A stretch of 64,000 bases of DNA, from NCBI GenBank assembly GCA_963706575.1, contig CAVPNL010000009.1, positions 32,001 through 96,000 of the forward strand, given 5' to 3'. Below are positions 18,888-29,068 of the stretch, one piece after another. Position 1 is the stretch's first letter. Each line of letters begins with the position of its first letter. The stretch is from an uncultured delta proteobacterium (lineage in GTDB: Bacteria > Desulfobacterota > Desulfobacteria > Desulfobacterales > JAHEIW01). A model generated the notes under the pieces. That model saw only the letters and a program-made list of their open reading frames with translations. It had not been told where the DNA came from and did not search any database. Made by a program: the position numbers and the translations under genes.

Positions 18888-19955
18888 ATGAATCTACCAG
18901 AAAAAATGACGGCGGCGGTGCTTTACGGAATGAATGACGTCAGGGTTGTTGAGCGAAGGGTACCGGTTCCCGGTCCGGAAGAAGCATTAATCAAGGTTGC
19001 GGCCTGCGGCGTTTGCGGAGGAGATATCAAGATAATCACAAAGGGCATGCCGAACCAACCCCCTTTTGGAGAGTTCATTATCGGCCACGAATACGCCGGA
19101 ACCATTGTTGCCCTGGGGGACGGGATTGATGAATTCAAAATTGGCGATCGCGTTGCGGTTGAAGTGCACAAAGGCTGCGGCCGTTGCAAAAATTGCCTGG
19201 TGGGAAAATACACAGTATGCCTCAATTACGGCAATTTTGACAAAGGACACCGGGCCAACGGCTTTACGACAAACGGCGGCTTTGCGGAATTTGCGGTCAA
19301 TCATGTGAATACGATTTGCAGGATACCCGACCATATATCACTTGATGAAGCCACCTTAATTACCACCGCCGGAACTTCACTGTATGGCATTGACATGGCC
19401 GGGGGATATGTGCCCGGAGATACAATCGCCGTCTTGGGGCCGGGAGCCATTGGCCTGATGAGTGTTCAATGCTGTAAAGCAGTTGGGGCTGGAACGGTTG
19501 TCCTCACCGGAACGCGAGACGATCGACTTGAGCTGGGAAAAAAACTGGGTGCAGACCGGGTAATCAACGTCAAAAATAGCTCGCCGGTTGAAAAAATTAA
19601 AGAAATTACAGGAGGTATCGGGGCGGATCTGGTTCTGATTACCTCCGGCAGTGAAGATAGCCTGGAACAGGCGCTGAAAATGACGCGCCGAGGCGGAAAT
19701 ATTACGATCCTTGCCCACTTTGATGAACCGGTAATGACTGATATTGGATGGGCGGTCAAAAATGGGATTAACCTGTATACGGTGAGGGGCGAAGGTCGAA
19801 TGAGTGTGCATCGCGCCCTTTCGCTGATGTCTCAGAAAAAAATCGATGGAAACGCCCTTATTACCCACACTTTTCCTTTGAAAGAAATTAATAAAGCCCT
19901 GACGACCTTCACTGAAAGACGTGAAGGGGCAATAAAGGTCGTGGTTCACCCCTGA
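18888..19955 (+). CDS. Zn-dependent medium-chain dehydrogenase, paralog B
   Basis: AGGAGG SD then ATG 18888; CGGD, GHEYAG, CxxCxxC..C, GPGAIG; same length (355 aa) as paralog A. Confidence 0.92.
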   Translation: MNLPEKMTAAVLYGMNDVRVVERRVPVPGPEEALIKVAACGVCGGDIKIITKGMPNQPPFGEFIIGHEYAGTIVALGDGIDEFKIGDRVAVEVHKGCGRCKNCLVGKYTVCLNYGNFDKGHRANGFTTNGGFAEFAVNHVNTICRIPDHISLDEATLITTAGTSLYGIDMAGGYVPGDTIAVLGPGAIGLMSVQCCKAVGAGTVVLTGTRDDRLELGKKLGADRVINVKNSSPVEKIKEITGGIGADLVLITSGSEDSLEQALKMTRRGGNITILAHFDEPVMTDIGWAVKNGINLYTVRGEGRMSVHRALSLMSQKKIDGNALITHTFPLKEINKALTTFTERREGAIKVVVHP

Positions 19956-20068
19956 TCTTTTTTATTTAGCTCAGTAAGCCCTTTTGATATAATCTTTTTT
20001 TAGCGGCCTTAACAGGACGAGGCGCTTAATCTGCCCGAGGCGGAATAACCAATTTTAGGAGAGTTCCT

Positions 20069-21451
20069 ATGGAGCGTAGTAAAATATTTAAACTCTTAAA
20101 ATCCGATCGCCCTATGGATCAGGTGCTGATAAAAGGATGGGTGCGCACCCGGCGCGATTCCAAGGGGTTTTCCTTCATCGAAGTCAACGACGGCTCCAGC
20201 CTGAAAAACATCCAGGTAGTGGCCGACGAAAAGCTGCCCAATTATGATGACATCAAAAAGCTGACCACCGGCTCGGCACTGGCTGTTGAGGGACAGCTCG
20301 TGAAATCCAAAGGGGGTGGGCAGAAATGGGAGATTCAGGCCGGCGGGGTGGAGGTCATTCACCTGGCCCCGGAAGACTTTCCGTTGCAGAAAAAACGCCA
20401 CACCGATGAATTTTTAAGAACCATCGCCCACCTGCGGCCCCGCACCAACAAATACGGTGCGGCCTTTCGCATCCGCTCCGAGATGGCCTACGGGGTTCAC
20501 AAATTCTTCCGGGACCGTGGTTTTCGTTATCTGCATTCACCGATTCTGACCGGTTCGGATTGTGAAGGCGCCGGGGAGCTGTTTCGGGTAACCACCCTGG
20601 ATTTGAACCATCCACCCCAAAAAGAAAGCAAAGCGGATTATCAGCAGGATTTTTTCGGCAAAGAAGCCAATCTGACAGTATCAGGGCAATTGTCGGCTGA
20701 GATGTTTGCCCTGGCCCTGGGAGATGTCTACACCTTCGGGCCCACCTTCCGGGCGGAAAATTCTAATACCCGACGCCATGCTGCCGAGTTCTGGATGGTG
20801 GAACCGGAGATGGCCTTCTGTGACCTTGAAGGCAATATGGACCTGGGCGAAGCACTCATTCGAGAGTTGACCACTTATGCCATGGACGAGTGCGTCGAAG
20901 ATCTGGAGCTGTTTGCCAGATGGGTGGATAAAACCCTGATGGCCACGCTGGAAAACATTGCGCAGTCCGACTACATCCGTCTGCCTTACCGCGAGGCCGT
21001 GGATATCTTGAATCAGTCCGGCAAAAAATTTGAGTATCCGGTCAACTTCGGCAATGATTTGCAGACCGAACATGAACGCTTTCTGACCGAAGATCACTTT
21101 AAAAAGCCCGTCATTGTCTATGACTATCCCAAATCCATCAAGCCTTTTTATATGCGGGTTAATGAAGATGAAGAGACGGTTGCCGCTATGGATGTTCTGG
21201 TGCCGCGTATCGGTGAGATTATCGGCGGCAGTCAGCGTGAGGAACGCCTGGATGTACTGGAAGCCCGTATTGACGAAATGAAAATGGACAGAGCCCCTCT
21301 GTGGTGGTATCTGGACGCCCGCCGCTACGGCAGCGTACCCCACAGCGGCTTTGGTTTGGGCTTTGAGCGCTTTTTGATGATGATCACCGGCATCCGCAAC
21401 ATCCGGGACGTGATCCCATTTCCGAGGACGCCCAACAACATCGATTTTTAA
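20069..21451 (+). CDS. asnS: Asparagine--tRNA ligase
   Basis: OB-fold GWVRTRR, DCEGAGE, LTVSGQL, FRAENS..RH.AEFWM.EPE, GGSQRE, PHSGFGLGFER. Confidence 0.98.
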   Translation: MERSKIFKLLKSDRPMDQVLIKGWVRTRRDSKGFSFIEVNDGSSLKNIQVVADEKLPNYDDIKKLTTGSALAVEGQLVKSKGGGQKWEIQAGGVEVIHLAPEDFPLQKKRHTDEFLRTIAHLRPRTNKYGAAFRIRSEMAYGVHKFFRDRGFRYLHSPILTGSDCEGAGELFRVTTLDLNHPPQKESKADYQQDFFGKEANLTVSGQLSAEMFALALGDVYTFGPTFRAENSNTRRHAAEFWMVEPEMAFCDLEGNMDLGEALIRELTTYAMDECVEDLELFARWVDKTLMATLENIAQSDYIRLPYREAVDILNQSGKKFEYPVNFGNDLQTEHERFLTEDHFKKPVIVYDYPKSIKPFYMRVNEDEETVAAMDVLVPRIGEIIGGSQREERLDVLEARIDEMKMDRAPLWWYLDARRYGSVPHSGFGLGFERFLMMITGIRNIRDVIPFPRTPNNIDF

Positions 21452-21603
21452 TCTGAAGAATTTTTCACACTCAACTCAAATGGATTAAAATGCAGCACGC
21501 GGAATGGTCTCCGGTGTTGAATGTTTTGTAAGCGTTTGACTTCTTTAAAGAAAAAAGGGTAAAATATGATTGGAAACCGAATCTTAAAGAAAGGCCCTTT
21601 GCA

Positions 21604-22101
21604 ATGAGCAATATAGAGCGTGGAAAACTGATTCTCAAAGAAGTGCCGGCCGGAGAAGTCGAAAAAAAAGTCGTTATGCTGCTTTCGAAATTTGCAAAAA
21701 GTGCTTCCATTGAGGAGTTAACGCAAAAGGTCAGAAATACACCCTACGCGCTCAGCAATGATATTGCGGCTGAAAAGGCCGTATTGATCCTGGAAGCATT
21801 TCAAAAATTCGGTGCAACGGCCGTGTTTATACCCCATATGACTGAAAAGCCGGCAACCGAACCGGTTACGCCTGTCAAAATGGAATCAGAGCCCCGCTTT
21901 ACATTTGACCCTCGACCGGATTTTGAAGAAGAGCCCCCTCCCGTTAAACCGGCAGCTAAAAAGAACGGCAGCCGTCGGTTGACAGTTATTTTGGTCACCA
22001 TTTTGCTGCTGCTGTCATTGGGCTATCTCGCCTGGCAGCTCCGGCCGGTCCTGGAAGATAAGGTCATTGAATTGTGGTCCTATCTCAAGCAACTCCTCTA
22101 A
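21604..22101 (+). CDS. Hypothetical protein: N-terminal L7/L12-C-terminal-like domain, Pro-rich linker, C-terminal TM anchor
   Basis: ORF with clean domain organisation; TTGACT..TAAAAT promoter-like sequence upstream. Confidence 0.7.
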   Translation: MSNIERGKLILKEVPAGEVEKKVVMLLSKFAKSASIEELTQKVRNTPYALSNDIAAEKAVLILEAFQKFGATAVFIPHMTEKPATEPVTPVKMESEPRFTFDPRPDFEEEPPPVKPAAKKNGSRRLTVILVTILLLLSLGYLAWQLRPVLEDKVIELWSYLKQLL

Positions 22102-22104
22102 AAG

Positions 22105-22233
22105 CAAGTGAGCTAAAGTTAGAAATGATCTAAAGTGCCTAAAGTTGATGAATCCTATCAATTTTATAAAAGATGGAGCGCAGCGACACCTTAACTTTAG
22201 GCACTTCCAACTTTAGTTCACTTTAGTCACGTT
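22105..22233. repeat. Dispersed ~130-bp palindromic element, inverted copy of 9704-9834
   Basis: Same arms and same core (TTATAAAAGATGGAGCGCAGCGACACC) in the opposite orientation. Confidence 0.92.
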
Positions 22234-22311
22234 TTTATGGTGCCATTGGAAACGGTCTACGATTTTTGAGGGATTTGTTAAAACAAAAGATAGGATACAA
22301 GCAATAAGGGA

Positions 22312-22701
22312 TTATTTCTTGTGATGGTTTTCGATTTGCACTAAACCATCTTGCAGATCCGGAACATTAAAATTCACCAACAGGCCCCGGTTCAGGCCGG
22401 ATAGTTTCAGGAAAGCCAGAAGCTGCGATTTGTGTATGGATTCAATTTTTTCACAGAATTTTAATTCCACAATCACCGAATCCTCAACCACCAGATTCAT
22501 CCTGTAGCCGCAGTCCAGGATGCGGCCTTTATAATTTTGCTGCACCGGCAGCGGTTTCTGCCGTTCAAAGGACAACTCCCGCTGGTTAAGCTCATAACAG
22601 AGGCATTCTTCATATTCAGCTTTATGCAGCCCCGGCCCCGAGGCGCGATGAACCTCTTTGGCAGCGGATATTATTTTCTCGGTCAATTGATCCGTATTCA
22701 T
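22312..22701 (-). CDS. GxxExxY family protein (PD-(D/E)xK-like fold) with degenerate motifs
   Basis: LTEKII.AA.EVH...GPGL, YEECL, GYR.NLVVED.VIVELK, QLL.FLKLSG...GLLVNFN; 129 aa. Confidence 0.9.
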   Translation of the reverse strand: MNTDQLTEKIISAAKEVHRASGPGLHKAEYEECLCYELNQRELSFERQKPLPVQQNYKGRILDCGYRMNLVVEDSVIVELKFCEKIESIHKSQLLAFLKLSGLNRGLLVNFNVPDLQDGLVQIENHHKK

Positions 22702-22830
22702 GGATATGGCTTCTCCGGTAAGGCGGTCAGATGATTCTGCGTTTCAGCTAGTTGATACTAAAACCACATCCAATATTCAAGTGACAAATACAATTTAGGT
22801 AAAAGTTATGTAAAAGGTGCCCGGCCCATC

Positions 22831-22859
22831 TTGACTGCCGGGTTGGTTCTTTATAAAAT
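22831..22859 (+). promoter_or_regulatory. Candidate sigma70 promoter of the alpha-2-macroglobulin gene
   Basis: TTGACT-N17-TAAAAT. Confidence 0.6.
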
Positions 22860-22939
22860 TTTAGCATAAACATATTTGAGATAGGTTCTACCAAGTTCAT
22901 ACGATTTACATTTCAGCGCATTTTCTGGGAGCACCGTCT

Positions 22940-25900
22940 ATGAAATTAAAAAATTTTATTTTTCTAATCGCCGCAATCTTACTGCTGACCGCATCTGCCG
23001 GGGCTGAAGATGCTGCCCACCTTCAAATTCGCGGGCAGGCGCAAAAGGCTTACACCAATGGCAACTGGAAAGATGCGTTTGACCTGTATCGCCAGCTGAG
23101 CCTGGAAATACAAAACGACCCCAAAAGAATCGGTAAAGATTTTACCCAGGCCTGGCAATGTCTGCGCCAGCTAAATCGATTAAGTGAACTGGACGCATTC
23201 CGCGAAAACGTCATTCAGCGCCACGCCGACAACTGGCGCCTGATGCAGGATGCCGCCCGCAGCTACAGCCAGAACGACCACGGGGGATATATGGTGGCCG
23301 GTGAATTCCACCGCGGCCATCACCGCGGCGGCGGCAAATATGTCAACGCCATTGCCCGTGATCGCGTTCGCGCCCTGCAGCTGGTGAAGCAGTCCATGGA
23401 ACCGGCGGAAAAAGATCCGGCAAAATCAGAGGTCGCTCAATTTTACCTGCAGTTTGCCGGCCTTATTCAGCAGCACCGCGGCGCCAACCAAGCCTGGCGG
23501 CTGCAGTATCTGACCGATCTCACCCGGCTGCCGGACTATGAGCCCGGATACGGCTATGAATATGACCAGCGCACCCAGGGGGCACCGGTGGATGATGCGG
23601 GCCAACCCGTGTATCATGAACTTCCAGAAAGCTTTGAAACCGCTGCTTCAGACGGGGAACGCTGGCGCTGGCTGCTGGCAAGAGCCGCACAACTTAATTC
23701 AGGGCTGAATTCTTATGTGGACTATACCTGGGCTGCCTTTTTGCATCAGCAATTTGGTGTCCAGACGCTGGTCAATTATGGCGCCCTATACGGCCGCAGG
23801 CGTCCGCTGGATAAAGAAGATAAAGAAAAAGATCAAAGCAGCCCCTATGAAGTGCACACCTTAACCGATCAAGAAACTATCGCCAAACTGGCGGTGGGGG
23901 TACGGCGCTTTGATCTGCCCCGGGAATATAACTTTATTCAGATGTTCAAAGCCATGCTTGAGGACACCATCGGCGGTTATGCCGGTAATGCCGCTCAAAC
24001 GCTGGCGCAAATTTATGAAAACCGCAGACAATATGACCGGGCCGTCAACTACTGGAAAATTTATGAAACGTATAACCGGTCCGTCGCCCGGCAGCGTATC
24101 GACCAGATCACCAAAAACTGGGGAGTATTTGAACCCGCCGGTATTCAGCCGGCGGGCACAGCCCCCGGCGTTGAATACCGATTCCGCAACGCCCGTCAGG
24201 TGGAATTTGTCGCCTACCGCATCCGGGTCAACCGCCTTCTTGCGGATGTCAAAGCTTATATCCGCTCCCAACCCCGCAGACTGGACTGGCAAAAAGTAAA
24301 CCTGAACAATATCGGCTGGCGCATCGTGCACGAAAATCAAACCCGCTATGTCGGCCAGCAGGTCGCATCCTGGCAAATGGCGCTTGACCCCGACAAGCAC
24401 CACTGGGATCGCCACGTGACGGTCAAATTCCCCGATGCCCTCAAAGCTGCCGGGTCTTATCTGGTGGTGGCCAGGATGCCGCAAGGCAACAGCGCCCGCA
24501 TCGTCATCTGGGTGGCCGACACGGTAATCGTTAAAAAACCACTTAAACAAAAAATGCTCTACTACGTGGCCGATGCGGTCAGCGGCAGAGCCCTTTCGGG
24601 GGTGGAAATTGATTTTTTCGGCTACCGCACCGAGCGCATTAAAGGAACCCAGCGTCATCGCGTGATTCACAAGCATTTAAAGAAGCAAACCGGTTCAGAC
24701 GGCCTGGTGGTGATCAATCCGGCCGATATGTCCCAGCAAATGTCCTGGCTGGCCACCGTGGCCGATGGTGAAGGCCGTCTGGCCTTTCTGGGTTTTACCA
24801 ATGTCTGGTATCCCAATTACTACGACACCGAATACAATCAGACCAAAACCCTGATTATGACCGACCGCCCTGTTTATCGACCGGCTCAGACCGTCAAGTT
24901 TAAGGCCTGGGTGCGCCATGCCAAATACGACCAAGAAGACACCTCAAGCTTTGCCGGCCGGCGTTTTACAGTACACATCCACAACCCCAAAAATGAACAG
25001 ATTTATTCCCAAACACTGACGGCCGATGCTTACGGCGGTATCGAAGGCGAATTTAAGCTGGTTGCCGAAGCCGCTCTGGGCGTCTACCGCATCTCCCATG
25101 GAGGCGGCAGCGTTTACGGCGGCCAGACCTTCCGGGTGGAAGAGTACAAAAAACCCGAATTTGAAGTCCTCGTGGAAGCCCCGGCGGAGCCGGTCATGCT
25201 GGGCGAAAAGATCACGGCTAAGATCAAAGCCGCCTATTACTTCGGCTCTGCGGTAACTGAAGCCACGGTGACGTATAAAGTGCTGCGCAGCGAGCACGAC
25301 AGTCGCTGGTATCCGTCCTTTTACTGGGACTGGTTTTACGGTCCCGGTTACTGGTGGTATGCCTATGACTATCCCTGGTACCCGGGATGGGAAAACTGGG
25401 GCTGCCTGCGGCCCGTCTGGTCCTGGTGGCAGCACTGGCCGCGCCAGCAGCCCGAAATTGTGGCCGACGGCGAAGTTAAAATCGGCAAAGACGGCACGGT
25501 TAACATTACTATCGATACCGCACTGGCCAAACTCATCCATGGCGACAGTGATCACCGCTATACCATCAAAGCCGAAGTCCGCGATCAGTCCCGGCGCACG
25601 ATTGTCGGGCAGGGAGACGTGCTGGCAGCCCGCAAGCCTTTTAAAGTGTATGCCTGGCTGGAGGGCGGCCATTACCGGGTCGGCCATACCATTAAGGCCA
25701 GTTTCAAAGCCCAGACATTGGATCAAAAACCGGTCCGCGGTCAGGGTCAACTGAAATTGATGCGCATCACCTATCAAAACAACAAACCGCAAGAAACGCA
25801 GGTTGCTCGATGGCCTTTAAATACCGACGCCGAAGGCCACGCCGCTCTGCAAATCCAGGCCTCCCGCCCAGGACAATACCGGCTCTCCTACACCGTCACC

Positions 25901-28900
25901 GATGCCAAAAATCATTCCATTGAAGGCGGCTATATTTTTACCGTGCGCGGCCAAGGCGATGACGGTGCCGCATACCGTTTTGCCAGAATCGAGCTGATCA
26001 CCGATAAGGCCGAATATGCGCCCGGAGACACCGTGCGGCTGCAGGTCAATACCGACCGCCAGGGCGCTGCAGTGTTGCTGTTCGTGCGCCCGGTCAACGG
26101 AGTTTACCTGCCGCCCAAAGTACTGCCCATGAGCGGAAAGAGCGCTCTGGAAGAAATACGGATTTCAAAAAGAGATATGCCCAATTTTTTTGTGGAAGCG
26201 GTCACGGTGTACGACGGCAAGGTGCACAGTGACATCCGTGAAGTTGTGGTCCCGCCTGAAAAGCGGGTCCTCAACGTTAAGGTCACCCCTTCCAAAACAG
26301 ACTATCGTCCCGGACAAAAAGCCAGGCTCAACCTGGAGCTGACGGATTTTTACGGCGAACCCTTTCAGGGATCCACCGTGATCAGTGTCTATGACCGTGC
26401 GGTGGAATATATTTCCGGCGGTTCCAACGTTCCGGAAATCAGAAGCTTTTTCTGGAAGTGGCGGCGGCATCATCGACTAAACCAGCAGTCCAATCTGGCA
26501 CGCTGGTTTTATAACCTCTTAAAGAAAAACGAAATTCCCATGAAAAATATCGGGGCCTTCGGGCATCTGATGGTGCCGACGGCCCCCGGCAAGGGGCAGT
26601 CGCTGGAAGCGAAAAAAGCCCGGCCCCAGGTTGCGGCCGAAGCCGGTGCGGCCAGGGCCCCGTCACCGGCCGAGGCCGATGAATCCAGCCCGGCTGTTCA
26701 GCTCAAAAAAGATGCTGTCGACCTGTTTGGCGACAAGGAACGCCAGGCCGGAAAACCTGAAGATCTGGTCCAGCCCAGCGTACGCACGCAATTTGCCGAC
26801 ACAGCCTTCTGGTCGGGAAGTATAACCACAGACTCGGAAGGTAAAGCTGTGGTGGAATTCAGCATGCCCGAAAACCTGACCGGCTGGAAGGTGAACGTCT
26901 GGGCCATGGGCCATGGAACCAAGGTCGGCGAGGGTCGTGCCGATGTGGTCACGCGCAAGGATCTGATCGTGCGCCTGCAGGCACCCCGGTTTTTTGTGGA
27001 AACCGATGAGGTCGTGCTTTCGGCCAACGTTCATAATTACTTAAAAAACCGCAAGACCGCTAAAGTCCTGCTGGAGCTTGACGGTGGCTGTCTGGCACTG
27101 ATCAAAGGCCAGAAACAAACACGAACGGTCTCGGTTGACGCGAACGGCGAAAAGCGGGTGGACTGGCGCGTTAAGGTACTAAAAGAAGGTGAAGCGGTGG
27201 TTCGCATGAAAGCCTTGACCGATGAAGAATCCGATGCCATGCAGATGCGCTTTCCGGTTTACGTGCACGGGATGGTTAAGCAGGTGCCTAAATCCGGCGT
27301 TATCCGCGCCAACCAGACCCGGGCCCGGATCAAATTTAAAGTCCCGGCAGCACGGCGGGTGGCGCAATCCCGTCTGGAGCTGCGGTATTCACCGACGCTG
27401 GCCGGCGCCATGGTGGATGCCCTGCCATACCTGGTCAGCTACCCTTACGGCTGCACCGAGCAGACCTTAAATCGTTTCCTGCCGACGGTAATCACCCAGC
27501 AAACATTAAAGCGCATGGGTGTCAATTTGGCAGATATTGAAAACAAGCGGTCCAATCTCAATGCGCAGGAAATCGGTGACGATCAACAGCGCGCCGCACA
27601 ATGGCGCCGCTATGATCACAGCCCGGTATTTGACGAAGACGAGGTGGCGGCCATGGTCAGCGCCGGCGTCAAACGTCTGGCCGCCATGCAGCTCTCCGAC
27701 GGCGGCTGGGGCTGGTTCAGCGGTTATGGTGAACATTCCTATCCCCATACCACCGCTGTGGTCATCCATGGGCTGCAGATTGCCCGTGAAAACAAGGCAG
27801 CGATACCCGGCGGTGTGATCGAACGGGGCGTGCAGTGGCTCAAGGATTATCAGGCCAAAGAAATTGAGCGCCTGATTCTGTGGGACCGCACCAAAAAGAA
27901 AGGCAAATCCCGGGCCGATAACCTGGATGCCTTTGTCTACATGGTTTTGACCGATGAAGCCTTTGAAAATAAAAAAATGCGCGACTATCTATACCGCGAT
28001 CGTAATTCGCTGGCGGTCTATGCCAAGGCCATGTTCGGCATGGCCCTGGTCAAAGCCGAAGACAGCCCGAAACTTGCCATGATCATCAAAAACATCGAGC
28101 AATTTCTGGTGCGCGATGCTGAAAACCAGACCGCTTATCTGAATCTTCCCAACTCCAATTACTGGTGGTACTGGTACGGCTCCGAGTATGAAGCCCACGC
28201 TTACTATCTGAAGCTGTTGTCGCAAACGGATCCATCGGGTGAAACGGCATCCGGTCTGGTCAAGTATCTGCTCAACAACCGCAAGCACGCCACCTACTGG
28301 AACAGCACCCGCGATACAGCTGTGATCGTAGAAGCCTTTGCCGATTACCTGGCCGCCAGCGGCGAGGCCGCACCGGATCTGACCCTGGATATCTTTTTTA
28401 ACAATCAAAAAATGAAAACGGTTCGGATCACCGCCGAAAACCTGTTTACCTTTGACAACATATTCGTGCTCGAAGGCAAACAAATTCCTACCGGCAGCCA
28501 CACGATTACGCTTAAAAAATCCGGCAGGGGCCCTGTCTACTTTAATGCCTACCTGGATTATTTTACCCTGGAAGACTTTATCACCAAAGCGGGTCTGGAG
28601 ATCAAAGTGCAGCGCCGGGTTTTTCGTCTAAAGGAAATCGAAAAAAAGATTAAAGATGCCGGTTCCCACGGGCAGGTGGTAGACCGCAAGGTCGAAAGGT
28701 ACGAGCGCGAACTCCTTGAAAATATGGCGGTTTTAAAAAGCGGCGATCAGGTTGAAGTGGAGCTGGTGATTGAAAGCAAAAACGATTACGAATACCTGGT
28801 TTTTGAGGACATGAAAGCCGCCGGTTTCGAGCCGGTGGAGGTGCGCAGCGGTTATACCGGCAATGAAATGGGAGCGTACGTGGAGTTTCGCGACCAGAAG

Positions 28901-29068
28901 GTGGCCTTCTTTGTTCGCCGGCTGGCAAGGGGCAAACACAGCGTCAGCTACCGTTTGCGGGCGGAGATCCCGGGTAAATTCAGCGCGCTTCCCACCAGAG
29001 CATACGCCATGTACGCACCGGAACTCAAAGCCAATTCGGATGAGATTAAATTCATCATTAATGATTAG
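22940..29068 (+). CDS. Bacterial alpha-2-macroglobulin family protein
   Basis: Signal peptide, MG2 motif TDRPVYRP, FRVEEYKKPEF, VRTQFADTAFW..MPENLT.W, thioester motif YPYGCTEQ (CTEQ at 27452-27463), QLSDGGWGW, AMYAPE. Confidence 0.95.
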   Translation: MKLKNFIFLIAAILLLTASAGAEDAAHLQIRGQAQKAYTNGNWKDAFDLYRQLSLEIQNDPKRIGKDFTQAWQCLRQLNRLSELDAFRENVIQRHADNWRLMQDAARSYSQNDHGGYMVAGEFHRGHHRGGGKYVNAIARDRVRALQLVKQSMEPAEKDPAKSEVAQFYLQFAGLIQQHRGANQAWRLQYLTDLTRLPDYEPGYGYEYDQRTQGAPVDDAGQPVYHELPESFETAASDGERWRWLLARAAQLNSGLNSYVDYTWAAFLHQQFGVQTLVNYGALYGRRRPLDKEDKEKDQSSPYEVHTLTDQETIAKLAVGVRRFDLPREYNFIQMFKAMLEDTIGGYAGNAAQTLAQIYENRRQYDRAVNYWKIYETYNRSVARQRIDQITKNWGVFEPAGIQPAGTAPGVEYRFRNARQVEFVAYRIRVNRLLADVKAYIRSQPRRLDWQKVNLNNIGWRIVHENQTRYVGQQVASWQMALDPDKHHWDRHVTVKFPDALKAAGSYLVVARMPQGNSARIVIWVADTVIVKKPLKQKMLYYVADAVSGRALSGVEIDFFGYRTERIKGTQRHRVIHKHLKKQTGSDGLVVINPADMSQQMSWLATVADGEGRLAFLGFTNVWYPNYYDTEYNQTKTLIMTDRPVYRPAQTVKFKAWVRHAKYDQEDTSSFAGRRFTVHIHNPKNEQIYSQTLTADAYGGIEGEFKLVAEAALGVYRISHGGGSVYGGQTFRVEEYKKPEFEVLVEAPAEPVMLGEKITAKIKAAYYFGSAVTEATVTYKVLRSEHDSRWYPSFYWDWFYGPGYWWYAYDYPWYPGWENWGCLRPVWSWWQHWPRQQPEIVADGEVKIGKDGTVNITIDTALAKLIHGDSDHRYTIKAEVRDQSRRTIVGQGDVLAARKPFKVYAWLEGGHYRVGHTIKASFKAQTLDQKPVRGQGQLKLMRITYQNNKPQETQVARWPLNTDAEGHAALQIQASRPGQYRLSYTVTDAKNHSIEGGYIFTVRGQGDDGAAYRFARIELITDKAEYAPGDTVRLQVNTDRQGAAVLLFVRPVNGVYLPPKVLPMSGKSALEEIRISKRDMPNFFVEAVTVYDGKVHSDIREVVVPPEKRVLNVKVTPSKTDYRPGQKARLNLELTDFYGEPFQGSTVISVYDRAVEYISGGSNVPEIRSFFWKWRRHHRLNQQSNLARWFYNLLKKNEIPMKNIGAFGHLMVPTAPGKGQSLEAKKARPQVAAEAGAARAPSPAEADESSPAVQLKKDAVDLFGDKERQAGKPEDLVQPSVRTQFADTAFWSGSITTDSEGKAVVEFSMPENLTGWKVNVWAMGHGTKVGEGRADVVTRKDLIVRLQAPRFFVETDEVVLSANVHNYLKNRKTAKVLLELDGGCLALIKGQKQTRTVSVDANGEKRVDWRVKVLKEGEAVVRMKALTDEESDAMQMRFPVYVHGMVKQVPKSGVIRANQTRARIKFKVPAARRVAQSRLELRYSPTLAGAMVDALPYLVSYPYGCTEQTLNRFLPTVITQQTLKRMGVNLADIENKRSNLNAQEIGDDQQRAAQWRRYDHSPVFDEDEVAAMVSAGVKRLAAMQLSDGGWGWFSGYGEHSYPHTTAVVIHGLQIARENKAAIPGGVIERGVQWLKDYQAKEIERLILWDRTKKKGKSRADNLDAFVYMVLTDEAFENKKMRDYLYRDRNSLAVYAKAMFGMALVKAEDSPKLAMIIKNIEQFLVRDAENQTAYLNLPNSNYWWYWYGSEYEAHAYYLKLLSQTDPSGETASGLVKYLLNNRKHATYWNSTRDTAVIVEAFADYLAASGEAAPDLTLDIFFNNQKMKTVRITAENLFTFDNIFVLEGKQIPTGSHTITLKKSGRGPVYFNAYLDYFTLEDFITKAGLEIKVQRRVFRLKEIEKKIKDAGSHGQVVDRKVERYERELLENMAVLKSGDQVEVELVIESKNDYEYLVFEDMKAAGFEPVEVRSGYTGNEMGAYVEFRDQKVAFFVRRLARGKHSVSYRLRAEIPGKFSALPTRAYAMYAPELKANSDEIKFIIND

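Noticed and set aside
23861..25792. Long antisense ORFs (271 and 282 aa) within the alpha-2-macroglobulin gene
   Set aside because: Codon-bias shadows with no domain signatures.
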